IMG/VR virus record: IMGVR_UViG_3300028805_000048
Length of the DNA stretch: 64,000 nucleotides
Direction: 5' to 3' (one strand)
DNA from: a virus
Lineage: Duplodnaviria; Caudoviricetes
The translations under genes were made by a program, and so were the position numbers. Below the pieces are notes generated by a model. The model saw nothing but the letters and a program-made list of their open reading frames with translations. It ran no database searches and was not told the DNA's origin. Positions 48,962-62,204 of this stretch are shown one piece after another (the stretch's first letter is position 1; every line of letters begins with the position of its first letter).

Positions 48962-50179
48962 ATGTCTAAAAACGAATTCAAAATGCCAACTTTTTCTATT
49001 GACACTATCAAAAAAGATGGTCACGAAATTCCAGGTATTAAAAGAATGTATGACATTGCTCTTGCAGTGAAAGATTCTATTATGCAATGGGGTGGTCCTG
49101 GTATTGGTAAATCTCAAGCCGTTCAACAGTGGAATGCTGAAAAGGTTGCTGAACTTAATAAGCGTATTGCAGCTGGTGAAAAGGTTAAACCTTGGGATCC
49201 AACAGTATGTGATATCCGTTTAAGTATGAAGGAGCCAGTTGATATGGTTGGTGTTCCTATGCCTTCTAAGGATGAACATGGTAACGTAGTTACTGTTTGG
49301 GCTACACCATCTGTATGGCCAAAAGGTGATAAGTTTTCTGGTGGTACAATCCACTTGGATGAAATGAACCAAGGTCAAGCAGCTATTCTTAATGCAGCTT
49401 TCCAGCTGATTCAAGATAGACAGCTTGGTGAATACAAAGTACCTGAAGGGTATTTGATTATTGCATCATCTAACCCTCCAGCTTTCAATAACACAGTAAC
49501 AGAATTATCTATTCCGTTATCAAACAGATTCAGTCACTTCAACATCGCTCCAGATTTTGATTCTTGGTTGAATTACAGAATGAATAACGGTGGTAATCTT
49601 GATGTTATGACATTCTTAAAGACTCAAGGGTCACAGATGTTATACGACAATGATACCATGAAACAAAGAATTGGTTCTGAAGCTGATGCTTTGTATACAG
49701 ATATTGCTGTTACACCAAGATCTTGGGAAGTAGTTGAAAAGGTATTAGCTTTGCCTGATGGATCTAAAGAAACAGGTGGATTCAGTATCGATGAAAAACA
49801 AAGATATTGTACAGGTCGTTTAGGTCTTATATTGACAGCTAAAGTCTTTAACTATATTAAAGAGAAAGCTAAATATCAAGATTGGCGTGAAATCTTGGTT
49901 GAAGGTAAAGACTTCAAATCTGAGGATATGAATGTATTCTGGGCTGTTCAGATGGCTTGTATGTCAGCAATGATTAACGAAAAGGATAATGATAAATGTC
50001 GTCAATATATCTTGAACTTCATTAAGGCTACAAGAAATCTTAAGTCTGATGCAAACAAGGTAATTAATGTATCAAGCTTAGCTAGAGCTGATAGAATTAC
50101 TTCAACTCCAGGTTTATTCGCTCCTCTTAAGGATTGCTTAGACTTGATTCAATTAGCTACAAAGGCTATTAAATCATAA
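48962..50179 (+). CDS. MoxR-like AAA+ ATPase
   Basis: WGGPGIGKS, DIRLS, HLDEMN, SSNP, PLSNRFSH, TPRSWE. Confidence 0.9.
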   Translation: MSKNEFKMPTFSIDTIKKDGHEIPGIKRMYDIALAVKDSIMQWGGPGIGKSQAVQQWNAEKVAELNKRIAAGEKVKPWDPTVCDIRLSMKEPVDMVGVPMPSKDEHGNVVTVWATPSVWPKGDKFSGGTIHLDEMNQGQAAILNAAFQLIQDRQLGEYKVPEGYLIIASSNPPAFNNTVTELSIPLSNRFSHFNIAPDFDSWLNYRMNNGGNLDVMTFLKTQGSQMLYDNDTMKQRIGSEADALYTDIAVTPRSWEVVEKVLALPDGSKETGGFSIDEKQRYCTGRLGLILTAKVFNYIKEKAKYQDWREILVEGKDFKSEDMNVFWAVQMACMSAMINEKDNDKCRQYILNFIKATRNLKSDANKVINVSSLARADRITSTPGLFAPLKDCLDLIQLATKAIKS

Positions 50180-50276
50180 TCAATAAATAAGTCTTTATGT
50201 TAAAACGTGAAGAGATTGGATACATCGTCTAATCTCTTCACATACTTTCTAACCACAAAACGAAAGGAACAAAATC

Positions 50277-50699
50277 ATGTATATGGATGTTAATCAAGAT
50301 GAATATGTTGTAAGACAGAATGATCATCTTCTAATCTTTCAGTGCTATATAAATGACATGACACTGGAGGAGAATACATTTACGCGACCATGTGCATCTA
50401 TTTATAAAGCAACTAAGTTTAGTTCTGTTGAAGAAGCTAAAAACGAAATAAACAAAGTAAAAGCACAAGATTTATCTGATATTGAAGTTGTGCAGATAAA
50501 AGATATTGTTGCTGAACAAAAAGCTAAAGCTGATAAAGAGTCAGATGAAATGATTAAGAATGCTTGGCGAAATACTTCTAGAGCTAAACAAGAAGAAATG
50601 CTTGAAAACCTTAGAAATAATAAAGGTGAAGAAGCAGTTCAAGAATGGCTTGATAAATATGGTCCATTAAATGAAATCGATGATTCAGAAACAGTATAA
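50277..50699 (+). CDS. Hypothetical protein
   Basis: GAAAGGA RBS; lies between the AAA and VWA genes. Confidence 0.65.
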   Translation: MYMDVNQDEYVVRQNDHLLIFQCYINDMTLEENTFTRPCASIYKATKFSSVEEAKNEINKVKAQDLSDIEVVQIKDIVAEQKAKADKESDEMIKNAWRNTSRAKQEEMLENLRNNKGEEAVQEWLDKYGPLNEIDDSETV

Positions 50700-50713
50700 G
50701 AAAGGAGGTTACA

Positions 50714-52141
50714 ATGAGTGGTAATGTATCTAAACTCGTTAATGATGCTATGATTGAAATGATTGTATTGTTTCCAACATTAGCATATACAATGTCAAGA
50801 ATAGGTATTAACGTTGTAAACAAACCAGAAATAAATGCTTGTGCTTATACTGATGGTACAGGAATTTATATCAATGAGTATGCTATTGAAAAGATGAATG
50901 AAATGGGAACTGAAGTTGGTAATAACGGTAAAACATATAATGTTACTATCAACAAAGGTAATGTCATCTTCATATTAGCTCATGAATTGATGCACTTGTT
51001 GAATAATACTTGGTCAAGAGGTGAAGCAATTGGTGTTTATTCAGATGACTTTAGTGCTAAAGGTAAAGCTAGAAATGAATTATGGAATATAGCTACAGAC
51101 TATGAAATTAATTCATTGCTTTATCATAATCAATCTACTGATAGTTTAGGTAGAAGTTCGAGTAAACCTGTTGGTAATAAACCAGAATGGTGTTTGTATG
51201 ATGATAAATATAGAGATGTTCCTGCTGAAAAGATTTTTGCTGAACTTCTTAATAACATGCAAACTAACAGTAATGGTTCAATGTCATTAGAATCTGGTGG
51301 GATGTCATTTACGTTTGATGATGATCAGAACAATGGTCAAGGTCAATCTAACAGTCAATCTGGTCAAGGTCAAAATAATAACGGTCAACAAGGTAATGGT
51401 AAAAAGCAATCTAATGGTTTAACATATGGTCTTGATAAGCACATGCCTTACGTTGATGAACAGACTAAAGCTGAAGTTGCTGCTAAGATTGGTGATGCTT
51501 TAGCTCAATCTGGAAATGGTCAAGGAACAGGTATGTCTGCTTTTGATAGAGCATTAGAGATTCTGTTTAAACCACAACCATTCAATTGGAGACGTGCTCT
51601 TACAAGATATATGAAGTCTTTTGTTAAAGATAATTATACTTGGAATAAACCTTCAAGAGCTGGTATTGCTAATAACCTTATCTTGCCTTCATCTTCAAAG
51701 ATGCCTAAATTACATGTTGCGATAGCAGTTGATACTTCTGGTTCAATTGGTAATCCTGAATTAACATTGTTGTTAAATCATGTATTTACAATCTTAAATC
51801 AATTCAAAGCATTTCAAGTAGATGTATGGTGTTGTAGTACACAGGTTCATGAAGAAACCTTTACAACATATACATCTGCTAACAAGAATGAATTAAGGAA
51901 TTTCAAGATGGCATCAGATGGTGGTACAGATATGTCTGCAAATCTTCCGTTCATTAAGAAGAAATATTCTGGACAAATGCCTGATGTTGTAATGATATTT
52001 ACGGATGGGTTCGATGATTTATCTGGTGATACAACTACTAGAACAAATTATCCAATCTTATGGTTGATTGTTGATAACAAAAACTTCAAGAAACCAGCAT
52101 TGATTCCAGGTGCTGTTTATGAATTCAACACCGATGCTTAG
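50714..52141 (+). CDS. Metallopeptidase-like plus VWA-domain protein (DUF2201 type), MoxR partner
   Basis: AYTDG, LAHELMH, WNIATDYEIN; VDTSGS MIDAS, GGTD, IFTDG. Confidence 0.88.
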   Translation: MSGNVSKLVNDAMIEMIVLFPTLAYTMSRIGINVVNKPEINACAYTDGTGIYINEYAIEKMNEMGTEVGNNGKTYNVTINKGNVIFILAHELMHLLNNTWSRGEAIGVYSDDFSAKGKARNELWNIATDYEINSLLYHNQSTDSLGRSSSKPVGNKPEWCLYDDKYRDVPAEKIFAELLNNMQTNSNGSMSLESGGMSFTFDDDQNNGQGQSNSQSGQGQNNNGQQGNGKKQSNGLTYGLDKHMPYVDEQTKAEVAAKIGDALAQSGNGQGTGMSAFDRALEILFKPQPFNWRRALTRYMKSFVKDNYTWNKPSRAGIANNLILPSSSKMPKLHVAIAVDTSGSIGNPELTLLLNHVFTILNQFKAFQVDVWCCSTQVHEETFTTYTSANKNELRNFKMASDGGTDMSANLPFIKKKYSGQMPDVVMIFTDGFDDLSGDTTTRTNYPILWLIVDNKNFKKPALIPGAVYEFNTDA

Positions 52142-52201
52142 GATAAACAAGAAGGTATCAGGTTTAATGCTTGATACCTTCTAACTTTAAACTGAAGGAG
52201 A

Positions 52202-55200
52202 ATGGTTATGACGTCAGAAGTTAAAGAAGTAGTTTTAAGTACATGGAAAAGAATATATGAAGCTTGGAAAAACCATAATCTTAAATCATTAGATGAATAT
52301 GATTTAAGATATCGTATTATTGCTTTTCATACTTTCCATGAGATAGTAGATTCTTATGCTGATTGGATAGCACACAATGGTAAGAAAATAGATTGTGCTC
52401 CAGATACTCAGAAGATATATAAAGATTGTTATGAATGTACATATCGTACTCTCAAAATAGAGAAAGAAGAAAAGATGCGTCAAGTTATCTGTCAGTACAA
52501 TAATTCCATGGATGAAGTCCTTGAAGAATTTGGTATAGGTCGTATTACTTATGGTAATAACATATCTTATAGAGTAACAAATCTAAATAAGTTTTTCTTA
52601 AAAGTATGGGATGAGTATTTAGACAAACGTATCCAAGAACTTGGTATCAAAGGTCTTAAACTTAAAGATAGAAAGAAAGTAACTTGTAATTCACACGAGT
52701 TATTTGATTTCAAAGATGCTGAATTTGGTGTAACTGAAACTAAGGAGGAATGACTATGGAAAATAATTCCGATATAGAAAAGCTTAAAAATTATCTTGAA
52801 AAAAGAATTAACAATGAACTTCGTGACCTTCATGCTAGTTATTTTGTTAAAATTGAAAAAAATTTATATAATAAGTTTTGGCGTATTAAAGTATATCCTG
52901 TAATAAATGAAAGACAAAATGTTGAATTTGGTTATTGTGCATTAGAAGATATATTAAGTGAAAACAATGTGACTAAAATGTTAGGTGAGTTTACTGTTGA
53001 TGAATTGAATAACTATATAACTCTATTAAAAATGAAAGGAGAAATTTAATAATTAGAAATTAATGGCTTTACTTTATCTAATAAGTAGTTTATTTTAATA
53101 ATCATTGAAAGGAGAAAACATATGGCTTTAAGCGATGAAATAGAAGCAAAGCAAAGAGCTAAAGATCTTTTTAATAGTCTTTGGGATAAAGCTTCTGAAG
53201 ATGAACGTAGATATTTAATACAGCATACTCTAGATACAGAAGGTCCTGATGCTGTTAAAGAATTATTTAGTCCAGCGTTTGTAGGAATAGTTGAAAGTAT
53301 GATTACTGCTGTTCCAGCTAAAGAAGAAGTAAAAGAAAATGAACCTAAAATATCATTGAATGGGATACCTGTAACTCTTGATCAATTGAAAGAAATATTA
53401 CCTTCTCATGAATGTGATGAAGATGGTAATGAAATCTATGTCAAAGAAGAATATCTTAAAGTAGATGATTCTGTTGACAAAGACAATACTTATGTTGTTC
53501 TTGGTTGGATGGATTGGCCAGGTGGTGAATCATTCATTAAAGATATAGATTTAAATAATCTTAAAGCTCAAATTGACAATGGAATTCGTGATTCAGAAGT
53601 TTTAATAGCTAACATTGAATTAACTGATGAAGCTTCTGATGGAGGTTTCTTACAAGCTAAACATTTTACAAAAAATGAAGCAGAAGATATTGTCAATCTT
53701 TTGAATAGTGTAACATGTACTGACACAGCAAATCCAATAATGCTTGGTGAAAATGATAACGCTGCTATTAGTATAGCAGATTATCTTAAAGAAGCCAATA
53801 GTATTTAGATATTGTTTATTATTATGTTTTTGTTTTAATTTAATTTTATTGAAAGGAAATATATCATGTTTAATGTAATTCGTAAAAATGGTTCTCAAAT
53901 CAAAGCTTCTTTTAAAACAGAAGATGAAGCTAAACAGTTTTTAGCTGATATGGGAATGCAGCGTAACTTCTTTAAAGTCGAAGAAGTAAAAGAACCTGTA
54001 TCCACAAAGAAAAAGATTTCAGTATCTTCTATAAGCGATGATGTATTCACAGATGCTGTAGAGATTACAAGAGCTAACGTTAAATACTTTTATAAGAAAG
54101 AAGGTCTTATTCGCGTTGTAAATCAGAATGGTAAAGTACTACATACTGGTAAGACAACTAATATGGGTAAGGTCTTTAGTAACTACGTAAATTGTGCAAG
54201 ATATAATCAATCATATGATTTTAATCTTGAAGGTGGAGACAGATTATTCTTTAAAGAAATGTCTCTTGAATCATAATTTAAGATAATAAAATTTAACCGT
54301 AGAATAGTCAAGTTTGGTTTTATGTAGGTTTTAACATGGAAATCAAATAAGATTATTCTACGGTAAAAAAAAATCTAATTCTTAGAAAGGAGTTTATCAT
54401 GGCACTTTTAGATACATATAAACCAATGCAAGAATACATTACAAATTATCTTAATTCAAAGACTGGTTTTAATTTTAAGATTGTTGTTTTTAGTAAACTT
54501 AATCGAATTGCGATATGTATTGATTGTTATGATTCTAACAAGCCTTTTAACTATTTTATAGAGAAACTTCAAGAATTAAAAATAGACTTTGTAATTGAAC
54601 CAAACAATGGTTTTGAAGATGAGTATATTACATTAACAGAAGATGAATATCTTAAACTATATACTTCATGTAGTTTACAAAATAAACTTTAAAAAAGAGA
54701 GGTGATGATCATGTGGCTTACATATACTACTGGTTTACGTGAAGAAGATAGATTATGTAGATCTGCTAATCAATTATTCTTTAATGTTACAAATATGCCA
54801 ACAGATGTTTTTAGACGTGGTACAAGATATACTGATTGTATTAGTAATCCAAATATGTTTGTGATCATACCTGGTTATTGTAGTACAGAAACAATGAAAA
54901 TCTGTGCTGTTCAGCAATTAAGAAGCAGAATATATAATGAGTGTGGAATGCTTCTTGGAGGAAGTGAAACAGCTTTTCTTGAATGTACAAAAGAACAGCT
55001 TGAAGAAATATTAACTGTCTTTAAAATGAAAGGATACTGATATGGATGACAAAGATTATGTTATAAAGAAATGGTATCTTAATAATGATGGTATTTCTTT
55101 AACAATATATTTTAGAAGAAACGATATATTTTATGGATTTAATTGGTCAATGAAATTAGGCTTTGATTACTTATCAGGTAATATTATATTTCCTGCATCT

Positions 55201-58200
55201 AATTTTGGTTGTGTTTCTTCTGAAGCTGGAACATATAGAAAACATCACACTAAAGAAGAAACTGAAAATTTCTATAAAGAATTATTAAATCATATGGATA
55301 TTACCGAATACGAATATCATGATGGAGATAAACCTTATTGTATTATAAGTACAGATGTTTATAAAAATCTTTTAACTATCTGGAAAATGAAAGGAAGGTG
55401 TTGATATGACTGGTAAAGAATTTGAAGCTTGTGTTTTGTTAGAAAATGTTTTTCATCAAACACTGCGCACTATATGTCCCGATATTTCTCAACATCATTA
55501 TGATATACTTACAGACGATTGTGATGAATACATAAAATTTAAACTTTATGTTAGTGGAGGATTTAAACAAGTATGGTATTCACGAAAATTAATTCAATAT
55601 TTAAATAAAGAATTAAGTGGTATACATATGGATTATGATAAAGATAATTATCTCAAAGGATTTCTCATTAAAAGAAAAGATATTTATAATGTTGTAACAT
55701 ATTACAGAATGCGAGATGTAATATGAATATATATAAATTTAAAATGAGTATTAATAAAACCATTTGTGCTGTTGTAAGCCATCGCATATTATCTTTTTAT
55801 ATACAAAAGAGCTTTGATGATATTGGATATTTAACTTGGGATAATAATATTCGAGGTTTTAAATTATATTATCAAAACGAAGATAATAAAATGGATTTGT
55901 TAGCTTTTTTAGAAACAATTTGTGGTATACAAACTAAATATGATTCATACAACGTATGGATTACTTACGAAGATTATTTAAATCTTTTAACATTTCTTAA
56001 ATTGAAAGGAGAATAGAGATGGCTATTTGGATTGTAAATGGAAGTGAAAAGAAAAGATTAATTCAATGTAAGCGTAATGATATTGTTAATCGCAGTGATT
56101 CCAATATCGGAACTAGATTATGTTATTCTATATCAAGTATTTATGACAATGGGATATCTTATGGATCTGCTTATTTTAAAGATGACGCGTCAGAAGATGA
56201 AATGACTTATGGAAAATATGATTTTTTCGAATGTCAACAAATTGAATTAAAATTTAGTGATGAAGAATATTATAAGATTGGTACTAGTCAAAATGGATTA
56301 GGTGAATATGCTAATGTGCTAAATTATATATCGAAATCTGTTGGTAAAGATTTACTTTGTATTTATACAGAAAATACATTTGGGATGTTTATAGGTTTTT
56401 ATAGAGAACATGGTTTGAAAAGAAAACATAGGATTTTCGGTATCATTAAGGATTCTGTTAAATTTATACCCAATAAAAATAACAATGTTCCTGTAATAAC
56501 AAAAACACATAACCATAAGACATTTAAAGAATTCATTGCTCCAACCCTTTTAAATGATTTAAATTTGTTTAATGTGATTAATCACTCAGATGTTTCTAGA
56601 TTTAAATTTGAAAATGAGAATTTTATAAAAATTTATGTTGGAGGTAATAATGTTTGGCCACATGAAATACAAAAAGCTATCATTGAATGTTTACCAATGA
56701 TTAAAGAAAAATTATTTGCTGGTAAATTTAAGAAATTCTGTGAAGATTATAACGTCACTGATATTTCTTTATTAAAGAATATCATTGGCGAAGATAGAGA
56801 TCTAGAATTTGATATTTCAAATCTTGGAAAGGAGGAAGAAAATGAATCATGATGTTTTAATGTTTGTTGAATTAAATCAAAGAATTAACTTTAATAATGA
56901 TTCATATAAACCTGGTATCATTTTAGATAAAGGTATATATGAAGTTATGGAATGGTCGCATCATAACCAAACACACGGTGAATATAAATATGATTATGTA
57001 GATCTTATTAAGGTTGATACTCGTGAACGTATTCACTTCATGTTATATCATCCAGAAAACTATAGTAATCTATTTACAGTTCATACAGAGTTTGTACCTG
57101 TATGTAGTTAAATGCTTGATATTATTATGTTTTTTTTAATTCTAACCACGTTTGAGAGGAGAAACACTATGGGACAAAGAACACAACTCGTTGTAAAAGT
57201 TACTGAATGTATCGTATCTTATAACAATCCTAAACCAGAATTTAAAACACATACTGCATCATATCATAATCAATGGGGATTAGCTAAGATGCAACTTAAA
57301 GATATCATTAATCTCTTAAATAGTTATATAGATTACAATGAGTATAAATTTCCTGATAAATTACATAAAGGATGGAAGTTAGATGAAGATGAGAAATGTA
57401 CTGATCTTACTCCAGAAGGTGTAGCAGAATATCTATCTCATCAAGATAATAATGATGGAGGAGCTTTCTTAGAAATAAATGTTAAACAAGGTGAAATTGT
57501 AAACGGTAATCTTATCTTATATTCAGATCCAGAATCTGAAAGAAGTTGTAAAATATATGGAGATAATATAGTACCTTATGTATCTCTTAAAAATTATATT
57601 AAGTTTCATCCTCATTATTATGATAAAGGATTTTATATGATGTTTCTTACAACATTAAAATATCATAACATCAAAATCATTACAAAACCTATTGACGAAG
57701 GAGAATAGACATGAGTTATGAAATCTATAAATCAGTAAAGCAATTAGTAGATGGTACTTTTGAAGTTGTATCTTCTTCTAGCAATGTGTATCCAAAAGAT
57801 TTTAGACAATGGAATATGAATTATTTCAACAAAGAATTTCCAACAGTTACTAATGAAGAGAAAAGAGCTCTTTGGATGCTTTTTTCAAGACATTGGGGTG
57901 ATAAGTTTTATCAATCTAATTGGAAGAATGATCAGAAACTTGCTAGTAAATTCTGTCAAGAAAAAGGATATGATACCTGGGAAGTAGCTCGTACAGATAA
58001 AGATCTATTTCTCAAATATGCTCAAGAGTTTATCGAATGGAAAAAAGATAAAGCTAAAATAAAGAAGCATGAATATGTTGTATCCATGATATTTGGCTTT
58101 TCTAGAGAATATGTTGGTAAGAAATCATCTAGACGTGTATGGCCTTCTTATAGCAAGAATGGTGCTAAAGTATTTAAAGCTGAAACATCTCAAGATGTTT

Positions 58201-61096
58201 TAAATCTTTTTTCTGGATATAGTTTATATGAACCACAAGTTGAGGAGATTTAATATGACAAACAATATATTTTCTGGATATGATGAGAAAAGAATCAAAT
58301 ATGCTTTGTATTTTCATCGTGAAGGTCTTCGTGGAATAAACCAAGATGATCAATCGTTATATCGTGCTTTAGCTTTACACGTTGCTAAATCCCTTAATAG
58401 TAATTCAATATATACTTCTTCTGCTAATCCTGATTATAGAAGTGGTGAAGACGGTTTTGTATTCGAAGCTGTTCGTCTTAATATAGATAGAGAATATACT
58501 AAAACTTTACTTAAGAGTAATTATATGTCAGATTTTAGATCTAATCTAAAAAGTGTGTTAGATGAAGCCAAAAAAATTAATCCTAATATCATAGCTGTTG
58601 TATTAAAAAGTGATTGCGATATTTGTGATCTAAATGATATAGAAAACAAAGTGATTTATAGTAAAAGACCTTCTATTGTTTATGGAATTCTTGATACACC
58701 AGCGAAGTATTTAGAATCAAATGATAAGAATATAAAACCTGCAATATCTACATTTTCTAATATAGAAATGTATAAATCTTTAGTTTTATCTTCATTAGTA
58801 AACGATTTAAATAAATACAATGTATTTAATGAAAATTCATTTCAGCTAAAAGATGAAGATCTTAAACCTGAAGATATAGATATTGGTCAAGATAAATATG
58901 GTAATTTATATTTTCCTTTAGCTATGTCTGAAGAAATGCACAATGCTATACGTAATTATCTTAAAGATCAATTAAATACATTTATACGTTTATATAAAGA
59001 AGGTGAACTTTGTAATATCTTAGATAGACAAGGAATAGATGTTGAAAGATTTATATCTGACATTAGTAATTGCTATATACACAACAGACACTGTTGCGTA
59101 TCTCTTTTTATAGATATAAATAAAGTAATCAATAACTAAGGCTTTACTTTATCCCAAGTATAGTTTATTATTAGTATATCAAAAGATATGATATAATCTC
59201 CAAACAATTATTATGTTATTGTTTTAATTTAATTTTTTAGAAAGGAAGGTATTAATATGAGAAGAAAACAATCAGCTAGAATGACATTTTTAAAAGCCAT
59301 GATTAAAGTTAAAGGCGGAAAATAATCATTCTTATTTTTTTCATTAATTTATTAAAAAAGGAGGATAAAATGTATTGGGTTGTAATGAATGGATATACTT
59401 TACCGACACCGTATTTAACAATGGATGATGCTGTAGCAGCAATGAATAAATTACGTGCTGAAAATGGTCCAAGTATTTTCGATATTATTCACGATTAATA
59501 AATGAAACGAAACTATAATTCTAGGGATAGATTACTTTCTGTCCCTAGAATGATTTTGAAAGGAGATTGAAATGCATAAAATAGTTGTTACAAATATAAA
59601 TACAAACGAAGAACATGTTTTTTATGATATATGTAACCCGAATGGTACAGTTAAAGAATCTGCTTTAGATCAAGCAAGAAAGAAATATAACGAATTAAGA
59701 CATAAGAATAAAGTAACCATTACTCATGTGTATCCTGATTATAAACACGGTTTAATTAAATCAGATCTTATAGAATGTAATGTGTGATCAAGGAGAATGA
59801 GATATGAAAACTAAAGATCAAATAGCTGAAATCTTTTTAAGAGAAGCAAAGAATGTAATAGATTCTAAGTTCGATGAACTATCTGCTTTATCAGATAAAA
59901 TTCTCAACAAAGACCAAGATGCTAGCGAAGAATATAAAAAGATTTTCAATGATCTATCTAAGATTTTACCTAGTAAAGGTATAACTGAAGAAGAAATGAA
60001 ATCCTTTTTACCATACATAAAAGAATATCAAAGTGAAATAGCTTTTTATATTATGTCAAAGATATTTAAACCTGGAGGTGATTAAAGTGTCTTTTATTAA
60101 TAGTGACGATGAAAATTATGTTGCTAATCTTATATCTGAAATGACTTCGTTAGAATGTCAAATTGGATATTGGAATAATTTATACTTTATAGCCATTCCT
60201 CATGTCATAGCATTTGATAAAGAAACAAATAAAGTGATTAATAATGTTCTTGATATGTTTCAAAAGTGTTGTATTCACAAAGAATTAATGAAGAATTATA
60301 AAACTACTAAAGTATTATTTACATTAACAGCATCTGAATTAGAAGCGTTTGTTTTATTTCATAAGATGAAAGGAGCTTAAAATGGAAACAGTACAAGATG
60401 TTTATGAGGTAGAAAAACGTTTAAGAAAATTTATTGAAAAATGTTTGAATATCCATCGTAGTCATAGAATAAAATGCTACGTAAATATAAATGATATTAA
60501 TAAAAAAAATAATACTTGTAAATGTCATGTAGAATTTTATTTTATAAATCCATATTCTTCAGAGAGTGTAGATCCATTTTACAAACAATTACTGTTTATA
60601 TTAACTAAAGCTGGAATAGAAATTTTATCTGAAAATTATAATGATTTTTATTTTAAACTTCCAGTTAAACAAAGTGATATAGAAAACTTATTTACAATAT
60701 TTAAAATACAAAATGATTTTCAATGAAAGGAGCTTGATTATGGATTACTTACAGAAAATAATGATTATGAGTAGAATTCCTAAAGAAATGTTTTGGGCAT
60801 ATGAATCAGTAAGACAATCTGGATTATATAATATGTGTTGTATTATTCCAGCTGTTGGAAGATATGCTGAAACTAGTTTTAACGAAATGCTAAAACTGAT
60901 GGATGACGTGTATATAAGATACTGTGTATATAACGAAGTAGATCTTGATGATGCTAATAACAAGGATATATACAAACATGTCACGTTATACCACGCTAGA
61001 TTAATTCAAGAATTATACTCAGACTTGCTTGAATTACATGGGATGCCACCTAAAGACGTCGTTAAAATTAAAAAAGAAATTAAAATCGATTTTTAA
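52202..61096 (+). other. Run of about 19 co-oriented hypothetical genes including paralog families (52202, 52750, 53122, 53866, 54399, 54702, 55042, 55406, 55723, 56019, 56809, 57169, 57711, 58228, 59572, 59804, 60078, 60382, 60713)
   Basis: Tightly packed ORFs with RBSs; shared C-terminal motifs described in findings. Confidence 0.7.
54296..54364. repeat. CCGTAGAAT inverted-repeat element, copy 2
   Basis: ACCGTAGAATAGTC...GATTATTCTACGGT. Confidence 0.7.
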
Positions 61097-61216
61097 AAAT
61101 GGAAATTTAATAAGGTAGAATCTATATTTAATATTGGTTCTATAAATGCAACAAAAAACTATTTACAAATAAAATTAAATAGTTTATATAACTTTCGCTT
61201 TTGGAGAAAATATAAA

Positions 61217-61546
61217 ATGAGTACCGTAAATATTAAAACTGCTAAACTTTCAACATTGATAGAAAACCTTCAGCAAATTCTCGATACAGAAGGTGATCTT
61301 CCAGTGGTTGCTTCCGTAGATGAAGAAGGTAATCACTTTAATACATTCGATCATACAGGATCTAATACATATGGAGTAGAAAACGGTTTACTTATTTTAT
61401 ATCCTTCTTCAGAACGAAATGATCTAGATGATATTGAAGGATTTCGTGATGAAGATGAAGATGATGAAGATGATAATCCTTTCAACGATGATTATGACGA
61501 AGATAATCCTTTTGATGATTATGATTTAGATAATGATTGCTATTAA
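61217..61546 (+). CDS. Hypothetical protein with acidic tail
   Basis: EGDLPVVASVDEEGNHF and a Asp-rich C-terminus; both promoter types upstream. Confidence 0.7.
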   Translation: MSTVNIKTAKLSTLIENLQQILDTEGDLPVVASVDEEGNHFNTFDHTGSNTYGVENGLLILYPSSERNDLDDIEGFRDEDEDDEDDNPFNDDYDEDNPFDDYDLDNDCY

Positions 61547-61568
61547 CATTAAACTCCATTTAAATAAA

Positions 61569-61604
61569 AAGGGTATGTAGTGAAAGGAAAAAAGCTACAT
61601 ACCC
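61569..61604. terminator. Terminator between convergent transcription units
   Basis: AGGGTATGTAG/CTACATACCCT. Confidence 0.7.
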
Positions 61605-61670
61605 TAAATTTTATAATAATATATACGTCAATTATTCAAATTTTTATTTATGACGTATTTTATAGAACTA

Positions 61671-62048
61671 TTAAAATTCATAACGTAAGTTACAAATTGC
61701 ATTAGCTGCACCATTATGCATGAAAGCTTTCATCTTACAAGATTTCATAGCAACAGGCTCTTCCAATGTAACATCACTGTGACCATTAATACCAGGAACA
61801 ACGAGTTCACCAGCCATTTCTTCGATCTCAGCAAATGTCCATGCATTAACAGGCATAGAATCAGCATTCATCTGTTTAACATATAAAGATACAATATACT
61901 TTTCAACAGCAGCAGATCCAGATTCTTCAATCATAGATCCTGATTCATTACCATCTGCATATACAGCAGCTACTTCTGCAGATACCAGCAAATCTTCAGT
62001 ATCTACAATTTTACCAGAAGCAATAATTTCACTTGACATAGTAATCAC
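61671..62048 (-). CDS. Late hypothetical protein, probably virion
   Basis: AAGGTG RBS; late motif at 62131. Confidence 0.6.
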   Translation of the reverse strand: MITMSSEIIASGKIVDTEDLLVSAEVAAVYADGNESGSMIEESGSAAVEKYIVSLYVKQMNADSMPVNAWTFAEIEEMAGELVVPGINGHSDVTLEEPVAMKSCKMKAFMHNGAANAICNLRYEF

Positions 62049-62204
62049 CTTATTCTATTTATTAGACGCATTGTTAAGGATTATTCCAAATAAAGTTATT
62101 CGGCGTCTTTAAAATAACTTTACAATTTTATAGAACTATTAAAAAAAGCTTTACTTTTATAAAAACATGTAATACATTTAATAATGTTAAATTTTAAATT
62201 ATAA

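Larger units (their letters stand above)
6995..62136. promoter_or_regulatory. Recurrent (A/G)GTTCTA(A/T) motif, putative phage late promoter
   Basis: Minus-strand copies at 6995, 7297, 9418, 11355, 12388, 13362, 14607, 15790, 15836, 18177, 22395, 27046, 61663 and 62131; plus-strand copies at 30631, 33634, 34871 and 61137. Most lie just upstream of late genes or leaders. Confidence 0.7.
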
